Source of the DNA: Coniocarpon cinnabarinum
Taxonomy: Eukaryota
Assembly (NCBI GenBank): GCA_051942205.1
Contig: JAVECO010000053.1
Coordinates: forward strand, 1-64,000
Direction: 5' to 3'
Length of the DNA: 64,000 nt
Shown here: piece after piece, positions 24,400-36,100 of the stretch
How positions within the stretch are numbered: the first letter of the stretch is position 1
Layout: every line of letters begins with the position of its first letter
The notes under the pieces: model-generated
What the model was told of the DNA's origin: nothing
What the model saw: the letters and a program-made list of their open reading frames with translations, nothing else
The model's database searches: none
Position numbers and translations under genes: made by a program

Positions 24400-25077
24400 A
24401 TGAGTACGTTTACCCTAGGCCACAAGGAAGCAGATGACGCGTGGGTGTGGGTCGAAGAAATAGGCCACCCCTTTGGCCTCTGCAAGCAGTCTGTTCTCGA
24501 GCTGAGCTTTCACGCCGCTGATATGGAAGACCCTTGACCTGACATCATTACCAGCAGTAAACACCACAAGGACGACAGTGACCATAAGCACCGATGGGAG
24601 CGTGATCCTCGCCAAAATGACTCGCTTTGGAAGGAAGCGCAGCGCGGGCTTGGTTTAGACATTCCAAAGCCTGATCTTCCGCCCTGGCACTTTGGACGTA
24701 CAAGCGAGACCTCTTTCTCCAAAAAAGTGGAGGATCTTGTCCAGCACATGCACGATGCACACGTCAACCGAACAGACACCAATAACGGTGACGAAAGCGA
24801 AGTTTACAAAAGTTTAATGAATCTCACTACCCATGGCAAGGTACAGCACGAAGAAGTGATGAGCCCATACAAGAAAAAGTATCGGAGTGAGCGAGTGAGT
24901 CTCAGTGACGCGGACCGCGAGCATGACGACGACCAGGTTCTGTATATCTTGCTTCGGGCAGACGAGGTGTTCAAGAAATAGCATGGAGAATATGCCATTT
25001 ATTCCTTGGATGCCGAAGATGACAAGAGACGGGCAGCTATTGGGCAAGCCCAGAGACGTATAGAAGCATCGACGTGA
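24400..25077 (+). pseudogene. Tandem family member 2, with a premature TAG at 24979
   Basis: ATG 24400, phase-2 intron 24489-24554, then DDQVLYILLRADEVFKK*HGEYAI..DDKRRAA. Family similarity continues in frame past the stop. Confidence 0.6.
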
Positions 25078-26293
25078 AGGTCATCAGATTGATTGCAGTG
25101 AGCGAGACGTTGATGTCTTGACAGCTGCATCGAGAAGCTGTGGAGACATGGACCATTGCTTGACATCATGGCAAACGCTCCCTGAGCTCATGCGGGTCAA
25201 ACTTTGTTTCGAAACGCCTTGTGTATCAAGTTCTGAATGTTTCGTACCCTCAAACGCCAGGTCATTTCCGCAAGATATTAGTCCTGTAAGGACGATAAGC
25301 CAGGCAAATAGCCATCGACGCATTGCGCCTTTGCATTGTGTCTGTCGTCTTCATGTCACCTACCAAGATGCTCGGAACCCTGCTTCATATAAAAACATAA
25401 GCGGATGCTTGGCGGGTAAACACATCTTTCTTTTCAGGTTTGCGCTTGATAAACTACTTGCACTCTTTCAGAACGATATCGTTGAAGGTTCTCGTATCGC
25501 CGTGGTCGTGCGAGGGAGACGCACTTTGAGAGGAGACGGGAGAGGTGATGACGCCGCGGGACAGGCACGTGACAGGGCTCACCACCACACGTGTCAATTT
25601 CGCGTCACCTTCCTTCCCCCCACGTACATAGCACCTAGTTCCTGGGGCGTCCGGTCTACGATGCTGTCACAGATGACGTGAGCGAGCTCGACATTAGCGA
25701 GTTCATCTCATAAGGAGCGAGTGAGACATGCTCGATAAGCACTACAGTGGTCTCGCATCAACGGGATCGCAATCGTCTCCACTAATTTCAGAGAACTTCC
25801 GCGAGAGCATAACTTTCACCCCGTCTGCAATATTTGGAGAACAGAGTGAAGGCTGGTTCGTCTTTTGCCTTCCCGCGTCACTTGTTAGCCGACGCTTCAT
25901 GGGCATATCTCCGACAAGCTGTCTTAGCTGCTGACAACAAGCACGTTTCATGACCGAAGGCTAGCACGTTTTGTCTCGAGGCTGTTTCAGTAAGATCTGC
26001 CATCAGTAACACCGCAGTCACACGCAACAGCAATGACGTGGCCATCTTCAAAGCTGCTCTATCAATGCGGCTGCCTTCGTCATGTCAATCGTACTCTGTC
26101 TGCATGCTGTGCTTCAGATATGGTCGAGGCAAGGGCCATGCATTAATTCGACCCATGCATATATACACGCCTTCTTTTTCAGTCTTGCAGAGGTCTGACT
26201 GTATTTGTATCGATCCTAACATCCTCTACCCTTCTGATCCTCTAGGCGTTTGACGACGCTCGTCTTACTTGTCGCGGTTTAAGCACCCTGACC

Positions 26294-27018
26294 ATGTCCA
26301 ATCCGCAATCATCTACAGATGCGCAACGTCCACCACAGCAGAGCGGTACTACCTATCATAGTGACACCCAAAACGGACAATTTCCGTGGGGCTACTTCCA
26401 CAAGTCTGTGCCCAGTCTCATTCCTGACTGCTTCTCGCTGTTTGCGTTGACAAGCTGACCTAACACCTGATGACCAGTTGGGCCACAGGCCGACAATGCG
26501 GACCCGACGCACATCCTACGCTCTGGCAAGCAATGCGAGAACGGAACCCTTTGCACGCACATGTCCCCTTTCCGGGTCACCGGCAGCCACCGCCCCAAAA
26601 TGCCTCTATGGCGCCCCCGCCCCGGCCAGCGCCCCGGCACGAGGCTCGCGACCTTGGATTTCTCGACCTTCAGATTGCCAACACAAACGACCCTATGGGT
26701 GATCTGGTCAAATACATGAACCAAGCTTACCATAAGAAAGCCGGTCTCTTTGACGAGGAATACCGCTGCGCATACGAAAATCTCGAGGAACTCCGCAAAC
26801 AACATGGCGTGATGCTGGTGAGATATCGAGATGTAATAGACCGGTATAAGACTACTTATGCGAGTGAACGTGACAGTCTAGAGTATGGTGAACGTCACTC
26901 ATACGATAATAAAATACTGTTGATTCTACTGCGCGTGGATAAAATGTATCGGACCGAGAACGGCAGGTTTGCGACGGACTATCCACCAGGTGGCAAGAGA
27001 GACGAGGCGTCGGCGTAG
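26294..27018 (+). CDS. Tandem family member 3
   Basis: ATG 26294, phase-2 intron 26404-26477 (GTCTGT..GCTGAC/CTAAC..CAG), motif YDNKILLILLRVDKMYRTENGRFATD. Confidence 0.65.
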
Positions 27019-28637
27019 GAACGCAAAAGTGATCAAGAATTGGCCAGAAAAGGTGAAAAAGGGAGCGCGCTGGTTGTGAGCAACTCACAGCATATTGTAT
27101 AGTCCTCAGCATCCACTGTAGAGATCATGTGCAAGGTATAGTACCAGGAAATTTGTGCAAACGCTGCAGCGCAAATGTTGCTCTTTCTCTAAAACTTTCA
27201 AGGCTCTGTCGGGACTGTGAAATCTACAGTTGATTTCTTGAGTGATCACTAGGGGTGCTCCTACTCGAACAAGTTGATCCTAGAATATTTCTTGTACACG
27301 CAATGATTTCTGTGACCTAACTTTGATCTAAGCCGCTGCATGAGTAGTCCGCCGCGCACCTTAGCTAAAGTATTTCGCTTCAAATAAGTGAATTTGACCC
27401 TTTTGCAGATACGTCCGTCATCAAGCTGTTTTTTTTTCATGAGCCTTGGAGCATGGCTTTCGATGTGGGCGAGGTACAGTTTGAGAGTTTCGCTTTTGCA
27501 GCGTCAAAGCTTCATTACTAAATGAACCTGACTTCTGCTCGGTTTTGCGCTCGATCGTTGACAAGCTATATCCAAGATAGGGTGGCGGGAGTCATTGCGC
27601 AGAAAAAATCGTGATCGCAATTAGTCACGTGATTTCTTGATACGTCATAGAGCGAGCTTCTATTTTTAGCCCGAGACATGTTCTTGACAACCTCGCCTTA
27701 AGTTAGACTTCTCCGTTCTTCCAACGCTCGTCATGTGTCTTGACTCATTCAGTCCAGCATGATGCCATAATTGCACAGTTAGGATCTCTTCGTTCCGCCG
27801 TTCAATGTGCCGCGTGTTCCTGGTTTCTTTAACTTTCTACTGAACGACGCTCTGAAAGCCTAAGATGCATCAGAAAAACCTAGATTAACGTGAGGATTCT
27901 CATGCTTATCACTCTGAAGAGACACAGCGGCAACGTATTTTACGCTCTGACAAAGCACTCGAATTTAATGTGACTTACTGAAGCTGTATCACATTCACAC
28001 AACGCTCATATACGACGACCACTTTATCCATAACCCCAACTAAACATGCTCGAGCTGCAGAAATATAATTAGCACCACCTGTACTCTCCCTCCATAGGCG
28101 AATACATGACGTCGATAAGATGCACTCTTGTCAGTCAAAGGTTGCCATATCCCGAGTCTTCCGCCGTGCTCCGAGCCGGATCGAAGGATTATGCGAAAGA
28201 ATGGAGCGCTATCCCATCAAGATTGTTCCTAGTGCTCCGAGCCGTTGCAGTCAGCCTCGTGGACCAGACTTTGGTGCAAAGGCCAGATGTCTGGCATTTA
28301 CGGTCTTTGCAATCGCTGGAACTTTAAGCAACGGACGCGCTGTGAAAGTTTCTTGTGGAACCCGTCATTCCCATTCTGCTGCACACACGCGCTTATCCCA
28401 CACTACGTTTTCGCGTCTCTCGTGGAATATATCTATATAGTTGAGCTTCTCTGCTCGTCGCCAGCGGTGTTTTTTGACCCCAGAGAAACCCTATCCAGCA
28501 GGCATGTCGAACGCAAAGTCGCCCGCTGGTTGGCCAGAAGCGCAACAGTCACAGGCTTCGGGCACGAAGCGGAGAGGATTCCTTGGGGGACTTCTTCAAC
28601 GGTAGTCGTTCAAACGCGTATCCTTCTGATACTTCCG

Positions 28638-29192
28638 ATGAAGCTAACGCCTACTACTAGCGAACACAGAGAAAAGCCAAGCGACGCTGCCCCAAAACGC
28701 AGTCTGCTGGACAGACTACGGGGGAAAGAGACGCCACACCAGGACAAATCACACACAGATGAACAGCCGCAGCAACCAAAAGCAGATCTTCCGTTCAAAG
28801 GTCCAACCACCAACAACGCTGAAAAAGAAGAAGCCTTGAACAAACTGGTGAAGCTGCTGAACGCCGCAAATGTGAGTACACGATTGAGGGTGATGCCAAC
28901 TGAAGACGAGTTTCACGCCATGTGTGACGCATTGGAAAAATTGCACCCCCCCGATGTTGAAACAAATGAAATATCAATCTGGAAGCAAGTCCAGAAGCGG
29001 TATGGGCAGAAGTTCCACGTCTACGAGGGCATCACGAGAGAAGACAGAAATAGAGACGAGAAGAACGTGCTACTATTATTCTTGGTCGTAGACACATTGT
29101 ACTACAGGCGACATGGTAAATTTGCAACGGAGATCTCTGCTCGGGATCCGCGACGAGCCGAGGCACTGGATAAGTTCCCGTTCGATGAATGA
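28638..29192 (+). CDS. Tandem family member 4
   Basis: Motif DEKNVLLLFLVVDTLYYRRHGKFATEISARDPRR. Start placed at the ATG of MKLTPTT; the longer ORF-track extension upstream looks non-coding. Confidence 0.65.
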   Translation: MKLTPTTSEHREKPSDAAPKRSLLDRLRGKETPHQDKSHTDEQPQQPKADLPFKGPTTNNAEKEEALNKLVKLLNAANVSTRLRVMPTEDEFHAMCDALEKLHPPDVETNEISIWKQVQKRYGQKFHVYEGITREDRNRDEKNVLLLFLVVDTLYYRRHGKFATEISARDPRRAEALDKFPFDE

Positions 29193-29761
29193 GGTAGATC
29201 TCGAGATCATGCTTGCGATGCTGTCCGATCTCTTGACAATCAAGCCAATCACTTACAAAGATCATTGTACTCGGTATGAGCGGTGATGCTTTTGCCACCG
29301 ACATAAGGCTCGTGTCTTGTCTCTTAGGTTTCTTATCCATCGTGTATCGTCTGAAGCTCCTTCAGCTACTACTACAGTTTCTTCTAGGCACGCAAGACGC
29401 AACTCGCAGCGGCAACGTGGCAAATCGAGATACGCCATATAGGTACAATTATGCGACCCGCGTATAGCTCGAGCTCGGTCAGCAGAGGCAACAAAGACGT
29501 CACCCTCTGTCTGCACATACGTGGTCTCAGTTCCACGAGCGATCCCCGTTCCCATGAAGCTCCCTTGCGCTGTCCAGTCTCATCGCTTCGCAGCATGCCC
29601 GTCTTCCGCTCCACAGAATGCAGACGCAACGGTCCAAAGCGGTTGACATCGACAAAGAATTTTGACCGAGTCTCGCATGACTGTTGCTGCTAGCCACTCG
29701 TCTTCTTGGTATTCAAACGAAATCTATCAGCTCGCTAGTAGGCGCGCGGCACGGAAAGACC

Positions 29762-30250
29762 ATGGAGAAACTGCCATCCACTCACTCGAGCGACAATGCG
29801 AGTCGTCAACCTCAACCGCAACAAAAAGAAGACGCTTGCTCCAACAATGCCGTCAATGACAAGAAACGCGACCAGAGCCTTGCTGAAGTGTTCCGATATA
29901 TGCACATTGAGATCCATCCCGACCACATGCCAAACGAGTACCCGGTCATGTACAAGCATTTCAAGCGTTACCGCTCAGCGCGCGGTCGGGATGCGAAAAA
30001 AGTATCCTGTGAAGACATGTGGGAGCTGTATCGAAAGAAATACGACATCGGCTGGTGGTGGTTCATGAGCGGTGAAAGACGATACGAGAAGAAAGAGGTG
30101 CTCCTGATGTTGTTGCGTCTAGATGACCAAGGCGGCAAGGATTTTGGTGCGCATATGGTAGACTTGCCTGACGACGATCCGAAGAGGAAAAAGGTAATGG
30201 AGGGCTTCATGCCTTACTATGAGTATCATCCAAAGACGATCTACATTTGA
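29762..30250 (+). CDS. Tandem family member 5
   Basis: Motif EKKEVLLMLLRLDDQGGKDFGAHMVDLPDDDPKRK. Confidence 0.6.
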   Translation: MEKLPSTHSSDNASRQPQPQQKEDACSNNAVNDKKRDQSLAEVFRYMHIEIHPDHMPNEYPVMYKHFKRYRSARGRDAKKVSCEDMWELYRKKYDIGWWWFMSGERRYEKKEVLLMLLRLDDQGGKDFGAHMVDLPDDDPKRKKVMEGFMPYYEYHPKTIYI

Positions 30251-31934
30251 GAAACCTCACGTGAAGACGCAAGGAGAAATAACTTGCGACACCGAGAGGC
30301 TAACTGGCTAACCTCCTAGAAACATGGCAAAAGTTCGTGTGGGTCACTTCAATCTCTTCAGGTCGTCGCCACACGTACTGCATGGCCATTTTGTGATGCT
30401 GGAGCTTCGTGCGCAAGCTTTGGCCCAAGCAAGGATGCGGGTAGGACTTCGAGAGCCACCTTTCACCAACTTTAAGGCGTGTCGACGAGCCACGATATGA
30501 GGTTCCTGAGCAGCGCGCGATGATCTGCTAGATATTCGGGAGCAGATCGGCAATGCATCATCGTCGATCAACAACAGGGGTTCAATCCAAGGGAGCTCAG
30601 CAACGGGTCGACGTGCCAGCTTGAAAAGGTCGGATAAGCGATTTGCAGGTAGTCGGGCCATTGACGGTTCGCTCCCATTCTTAAGGTCGATAAATACATC
30701 CGCAAAACGGAAAGCGCGCCAAAGACGTTACAAAATTGCACAGATATGTGAAGGCTCATCCAAACATGAGCGTGCCGGTGGCCACGCACTGTACTCCCGC
30801 TGTCTTGGATGACTTGTATATTTGTAGATCCAATTCCATACATAGCCGCCACGTAAAGCCGTTGCAAGTCTGAAGTGCAAGCCCTATTGGTCCATACAAG
30901 GTCTTGAAAGTCGAAACATCAAGACCGGCGTAAGTCAACCGCTACTCGCAAGATCCTGAATAGTAGATCTTTGAGCCTCTAATGTATTCAAAAATGAATT
31001 GGGGATTGCGCAAGTGATCTTCACGTATCATTATGCCACTTGAGTCCAAATAAACAAATTTTCCCATCCCATCAAGCTGAAATGTCTTCCAAGAATCAAG
31101 ATGCTAGAACATTCCACGTAACAGTGACTGCATCAAGTCCATGAAGCTGTATCACACCCGCACTTGCTGTCGTGGAGAGTGAGTTAAAAGGCTCGCGCAC
31201 TATCTGCATGATGTTCCTCACTCGCCACGTTCTTGGCCGCTTCGCGCGAGAACCTGAAGCGATCTTGGTCCAAGACTCGGGCTTCGAAACGATTTTTTTG
31301 TAGCTGGACGCGACTTGTATCGAGTTCGTGGAGCTTGGATAGTCGTTCCTGCGAGTGTGGGATGGTGGCTGGCCAAGTCATAGTTATCAGTGATTCGGTT
31401 TGGTCAGGTTATGGCTCGGTAGGGTGGGCTACCAAACCGATAAGGGCAAAAACCGATCAGATATCCTCTCGGTTAACCATAACCACAAGCGAACCATTGA
31501 CCACTCTGGGTAGCTTCAGTGTTGCATTTCTTGAGCGTTCGCTTGACGAGTCATCCATGTACACAGTCAGGAGCGCTTGAGCAAATGTTTGGCGTATGTT
31601 CGAGGCATACTCATCGCGATAGAGCTGACAATGGCCCTGTAGAAAACAACTCGCCACATGTTGATTCGGTAAATTTTCAGGCACAGTAGGCTTTGACATT
31701 GTATCCATAGCTGTTTGACTTGAGAACTGCTTATCGCACAGGCTCGCCGCCTAGACTGAAATTCTGCAAAGACCTTCGTCAGAGGACCTTGCGGTGTCAC
31801 AGCGTCATGGAGAAGGCGCGACCCAGAAGTCTACGTCGACAAGGTTGTCGTGACGTCAAGGATCCTACTATTTGTGTCAGCGCCATCCAGTTAGGTAGAC
31901 ATTAGCAATGAGAAACAATATGCATTTCGCCGTG

Positions 31935-32849
31935 TCATCCGCTCGCATAAACCCAAGTCCGTTCTGTAACAGGACCCTGGCCGAAAAACGCTTGCGCCAT
32001 TGCCAAAAGCCAGGTGTCGTAATCGCTGGGGCTACTCACCGCTGCAGCCCGTGCCAGCTCCCTCTTGAACGCAATCTTCTTTCGATCCACCCCCAGCACG
32101 AGTCGAAACGCCTCGTTCCCATTCAAGTAATAGCGCCAAAGCCGCTTGCTCTTTAGAAATCCTAGTCCTTGATATAGTCGCAGACTCGCCAAGTTGTCCA
32201 CCTCCGTCTCCAACACGATCTCCACTGCGCCTTTGGTCGCCATGTGCGTCACGCCCAACTGCACAAGCTGGCGTGCAATCCCCTTCTTACGGAAATTAGA
32301 ATGCGTCGCAATCATCGCGATGTAGCCACGCATGCGAAGATGTTCCCGGTCCTCGTCCGTCAGATGCTGGCAGCTGGGCGGGACATGAGGCTCAAGCTTG
32401 TTGATGATGACACCGAGAAGTTGATCATTAGAGGAGAGACAGAGAAAGCATAGATCAGGCCAGGTATACAGGAAGTAGCGATACACGTAGATGGAGTAGG
32501 GTTCTGAGAGGTCGTGTGCAATGAGCTGGCGCATTGCTGGGAGATATTCCGATTCGCGCTCGGGGTTGTACTGCACGTAATACCAACCATGAGTTTGGTC
32601 CGTGGATTTAATGTTGGGATCGTCGACCGCAGGCGAAGGAGCGGCTGGCGGCGGTGGTGTTGGTTTGGATGCCTCGGACGTGGGTGCGGCAGAAGCTGGA
32701 CCGCTGACATCTTGTGCCGATGACGAGGGCGGCTTTGACGGTGTCTGAAACGGGGACTGCGCGGCTTCTAGACGCACTTTGGCCCAGAACTCCTCGTCGT
32801 CGTCCCTATGGATTTCGAAGTCACCCGATTTCTTCTTCGAAGAGCTCAT
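31935..32849 (-). CDS. MAK3: N-terminal acetyltransferase NatC catalytic subunit (Naa30)
   Basis: DLSEPYSIYVYRYFL, RGYIAMIA..FRKKGIA, VLETEVDN..LY..LGF..YYLNG. Confidence 0.92.
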   Translation of the reverse strand: MSSSKKKSGDFEIHRDDDEEFWAKVRLEAAQSPFQTPSKPPSSSAQDVSGPASAAPTSEASKPTPPPPAAPSPAVDDPNIKSTDQTHGWYYVQYNPERESEYLPAMRQLIAHDLSEPYSIYVYRYFLYTWPDLCFLCLSSNDQLLGVIINKLEPHVPPSCQHLTDEDREHLRMRGYIAMIATHSNFRKKGIARQLVQLGVTHMATKGAVEIVLETEVDNLASLRLYQGLGFLKSKRLWRYYLNGNEAFRLVLGVDRKKIAFKRELARAAAVSSPSDYDTWLLAMAQAFFGQGPVTERTWVYASG

Positions 32850-33156
32850 TTTGAAGCTTGGTTATACGGTCCAATTCCTGCCGAGGACTCAGGTTACTAT
32901 ACCTGCCCAGTATTAGACATTACACTTTATCATCATGCAAAATTTTGATTTCAATGGGCGGATGTTAGAAAGCTGAGTAGCCCAGTCTTCAAAACGACGA
33001 TTTCCTTTTTGGGCCAGCACCCTGCCAGTGTGGCAAGCGCGACACAGATACATTACCGCCGTGCAGTCAACGGTGATCGACCATCCATTCATTCATTAGT
33101 CATACACATGCTCCTCCTCCGCAAACCAATGCTGAAACATGTCAGATTCCACACCT

Positions 33157-36100
33157 TCAAGCCGCTGCCTGCACAACCTTGAAGCCTTCCTGCACCGTCT
33201 TCTGAATGTCCTCATCCTTATGTTGTAATAAGCTCAGAGCGTAAGCAACGTCGTTCCATTGCCTCTCGTCATCGCACCGTGATAATCTTGCCGCCAGCTT
33301 GTGTGCCAGCTGTTTGGCATGTTTGTCCTTTTCAATGAAGCCGGCCAGGAACTTGAGGATCTTCTTGAAGCTCTCTTCCTCCAGCTCTTGATCGGCTGAG
33401 AGCACTGAAAACATGTCGACAAATTGGTTGTAGACCGCGTTGTCTTTTGTCGCTAGCTCGGTAAAGAACATTCGCGATAGATCGGCGATGCGCCGGTCAT
33501 CATCTTCCAAACATTTCGCCATCTCTCCGAGTTGGCCTTTCACCTTGACTTGGCCCGCCAGGATCAAAAACGTCAGTGTCATCAGACACGTTCGTCGCAC
33601 GGATGTGTCTTGATCACTAAGTCGTCGATACAAGAAGTCGGTGTTCTCGTCAATCAGATTGTTGAAGCAAACGGCCATGTCACCCAGCGCAATAACCACG
33701 TTGCTGCGCGTGATGGGATCCTTTGATCGTTCCAGTATGGTGATGAGCAGCGGCAAATTCTTCTCACAGTACTCAGATGAGACGCACATCAACTTTGCCA
33801 AGCATATCGACGAAACTGCCTGCAGATTCTCGTCTGGGTACGCTGTATTGTTCGAGCAGATCTCGCTGACCAGTGGACCGTAGTTTGACAATAAGGCATT
33901 GGCTCCATACAGGATCTCCCGCTCTCGTATATGGTTCATCGCCTCGGTAAAGTCATCTTCGGTCGTGCCCCCAATGAGGTCCAGCTCTGCCTCATCCTCG
34001 TTTTTCTTCTTGTCGGGAGAGCTGTTCACAGGTTTCTCCTTGTCGCGTTCGGCTTTTCGCTTCTTGAAGTCAAGCTCGCAAAGTTCGAGATGCACGATCT
34101 GCTTGATGGCGACATGTCCTACTACGAACAAAAGCTGAGCGAGAGCATTTTTTGGCCTTTGTGTTTTCTTTGCAGGGTCGTCTTCTTCCGACTGCGTATT
34201 TTGCATTTCTTCATCTCCATCAATATCCTCCGTCTTCGGTATGGCTTGACGGGCGAAAACTTCCTTCGTCTTAGTACGGAGCAAATCTGAGCAAAGAACA
34301 TCAGGGTGTTTCGACAGAGTATAGATTGCCCCAACGGCCTGCTCCGCAACGCCATACCATTCTTTGCTGTCAGATTGGATCATCGCACTGGCAGCTAACC
34401 GCTGCAGCACAGCATGATCGTTTGGCAACCGCGCAAAGGTTACTTTGGGGTCCTTTGCCTTCTTCTTCGTTGGCATCATCCGTGAAAGTGCGATGCAAGT
34501 GTATTTGGCAAGGGCAAAGTCTAATCGACCATAGCCGCCAAGGCCTACACGCAGCATCGTTTCGACTTCTTCGTGCACAATTTTCGGGTCTGCCAAAGCA
34601 AGCATGCTCAAGACTAGGATTGCACCACGGCGCTGTGACTTGGAAATCTCCCTCTTTTGCACGCCGTACACTTGCCAAAGCTTACCAATGACCAACTCAG
34701 ATATCAAGTTGTCTCTCATCATCGTGCAAAGTAGTTGCTCGAGTGACGTGAGCTCTGAGACAGAAGCACCAAATGTGAGACTGATCATGTTGCGTGCGAT
34801 GAAATTGGCGGCGTCGTTGTGCGAGAAACTGTCTGGCGCGCTGAAGAAGATGCTCTTGTAGCATTCGATCAAGTGAGTTTGGACGCCCTTTCCTTCGTCA
34901 CTGTTTCCTTTGGTCCAAATCAAATGGAGCATCTTGCGAATGCCGTCTCGAGCCATTTCAATTCTGTAGGCATCTGCAACCATGAAGAAATCCATGGACT
35001 CAATGACTTCACTTTTGTTTTTTGACAGGAGGAGCTGGACGATTGCGGGTGTGGCTTCATGGAGCACCTCGATGAATGCGAGAGCTTCCAAATAATATCT
35101 CCGTGTCAGCTGCAATTTTCCGACAGCTTCAGATGTTGCTGCTTCCTCTGCGGCCTTTTGCACAGCGGCTTGCTTCTCCTCCTCAGACATCTCCTTCGGC
35201 TCCGGCGGTCTCTCGCCATCAGCTTCAGTGGCATCATCAAGCAGTGCCTCGTCGATCTTGTCGTTCGATGTTTCATCAAGGCCCGGGGTGTCTTCCGCTG
35301 GTTTCAATTTATGCAGTTCGCCGTCGACTGCCTCAAGTCGATCATGCCACTCTTTGTGGGACAGTTGACCGCCATGGAGGACACTGAAGGGATGTGTTGC
35401 AATCAATTTCCCCAGCAACTTGACCGCATTACGTCGTACGTTGCTGCTCTTATCTTCCAAACTACGAGCCGCAAGGGACGTTGCGGACTGTCGACGTTTG
35501 GCAAACTTGCTCTCCAGATCGCAAATCTTGACCCACGCCTGTAACACGCGGCACCGGCAGTACGGGTTGACATCGAGAAAGCGCTCCTCAAGAACATCAA
35601 AGAAAGCATTCATCTGAGCCTTGTGATTCTCCGCCTGTTCACTTGCTTCCTGCTTGCTCAGCATCGCAATGAGGTTGGCGCAGACGTCGATGATAGAGCA
35701 GCGCAGGGTATAGGATTCGCTGTCCAGGAACTTTGCTATTGAGGTCATCTGCTTAATAACGGCCCTCGGTGCGAGCTCAGATAATTTGGACACAAACGCC
35801 GAAACTGATTTTGGCCCTTTCAGATCATTGCTGTTGAACTCTTTGGTCGAAAGCTCTCGTAGAATGTCTTCAGCTAGCTGAGGATAGTCGTACTGGTCGG
35901 AAAGAATGTGCAGCAGCTCTGCCATCGGCTCTGACAGATGCTCGAAATATGAAAGATTTTGAATGATAGACGTCTGTGCTCCATATGCGTGACCGTGGTG
36001 CTTGATTGCGATGCAGAGCACTTTGAAGCAGTGCATGCGGATTGCTGTAGTTTTTACACGAGCCTCACTCTCCAGTATCAAGTAGACTGCTCGCGTAAAG

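Noticed and set aside
25118..25951. ORFs 25118-25681 and neighbours as a sixth tandem paralogue
   Set aside because: They lack the family motif and have non-coding-like composition.
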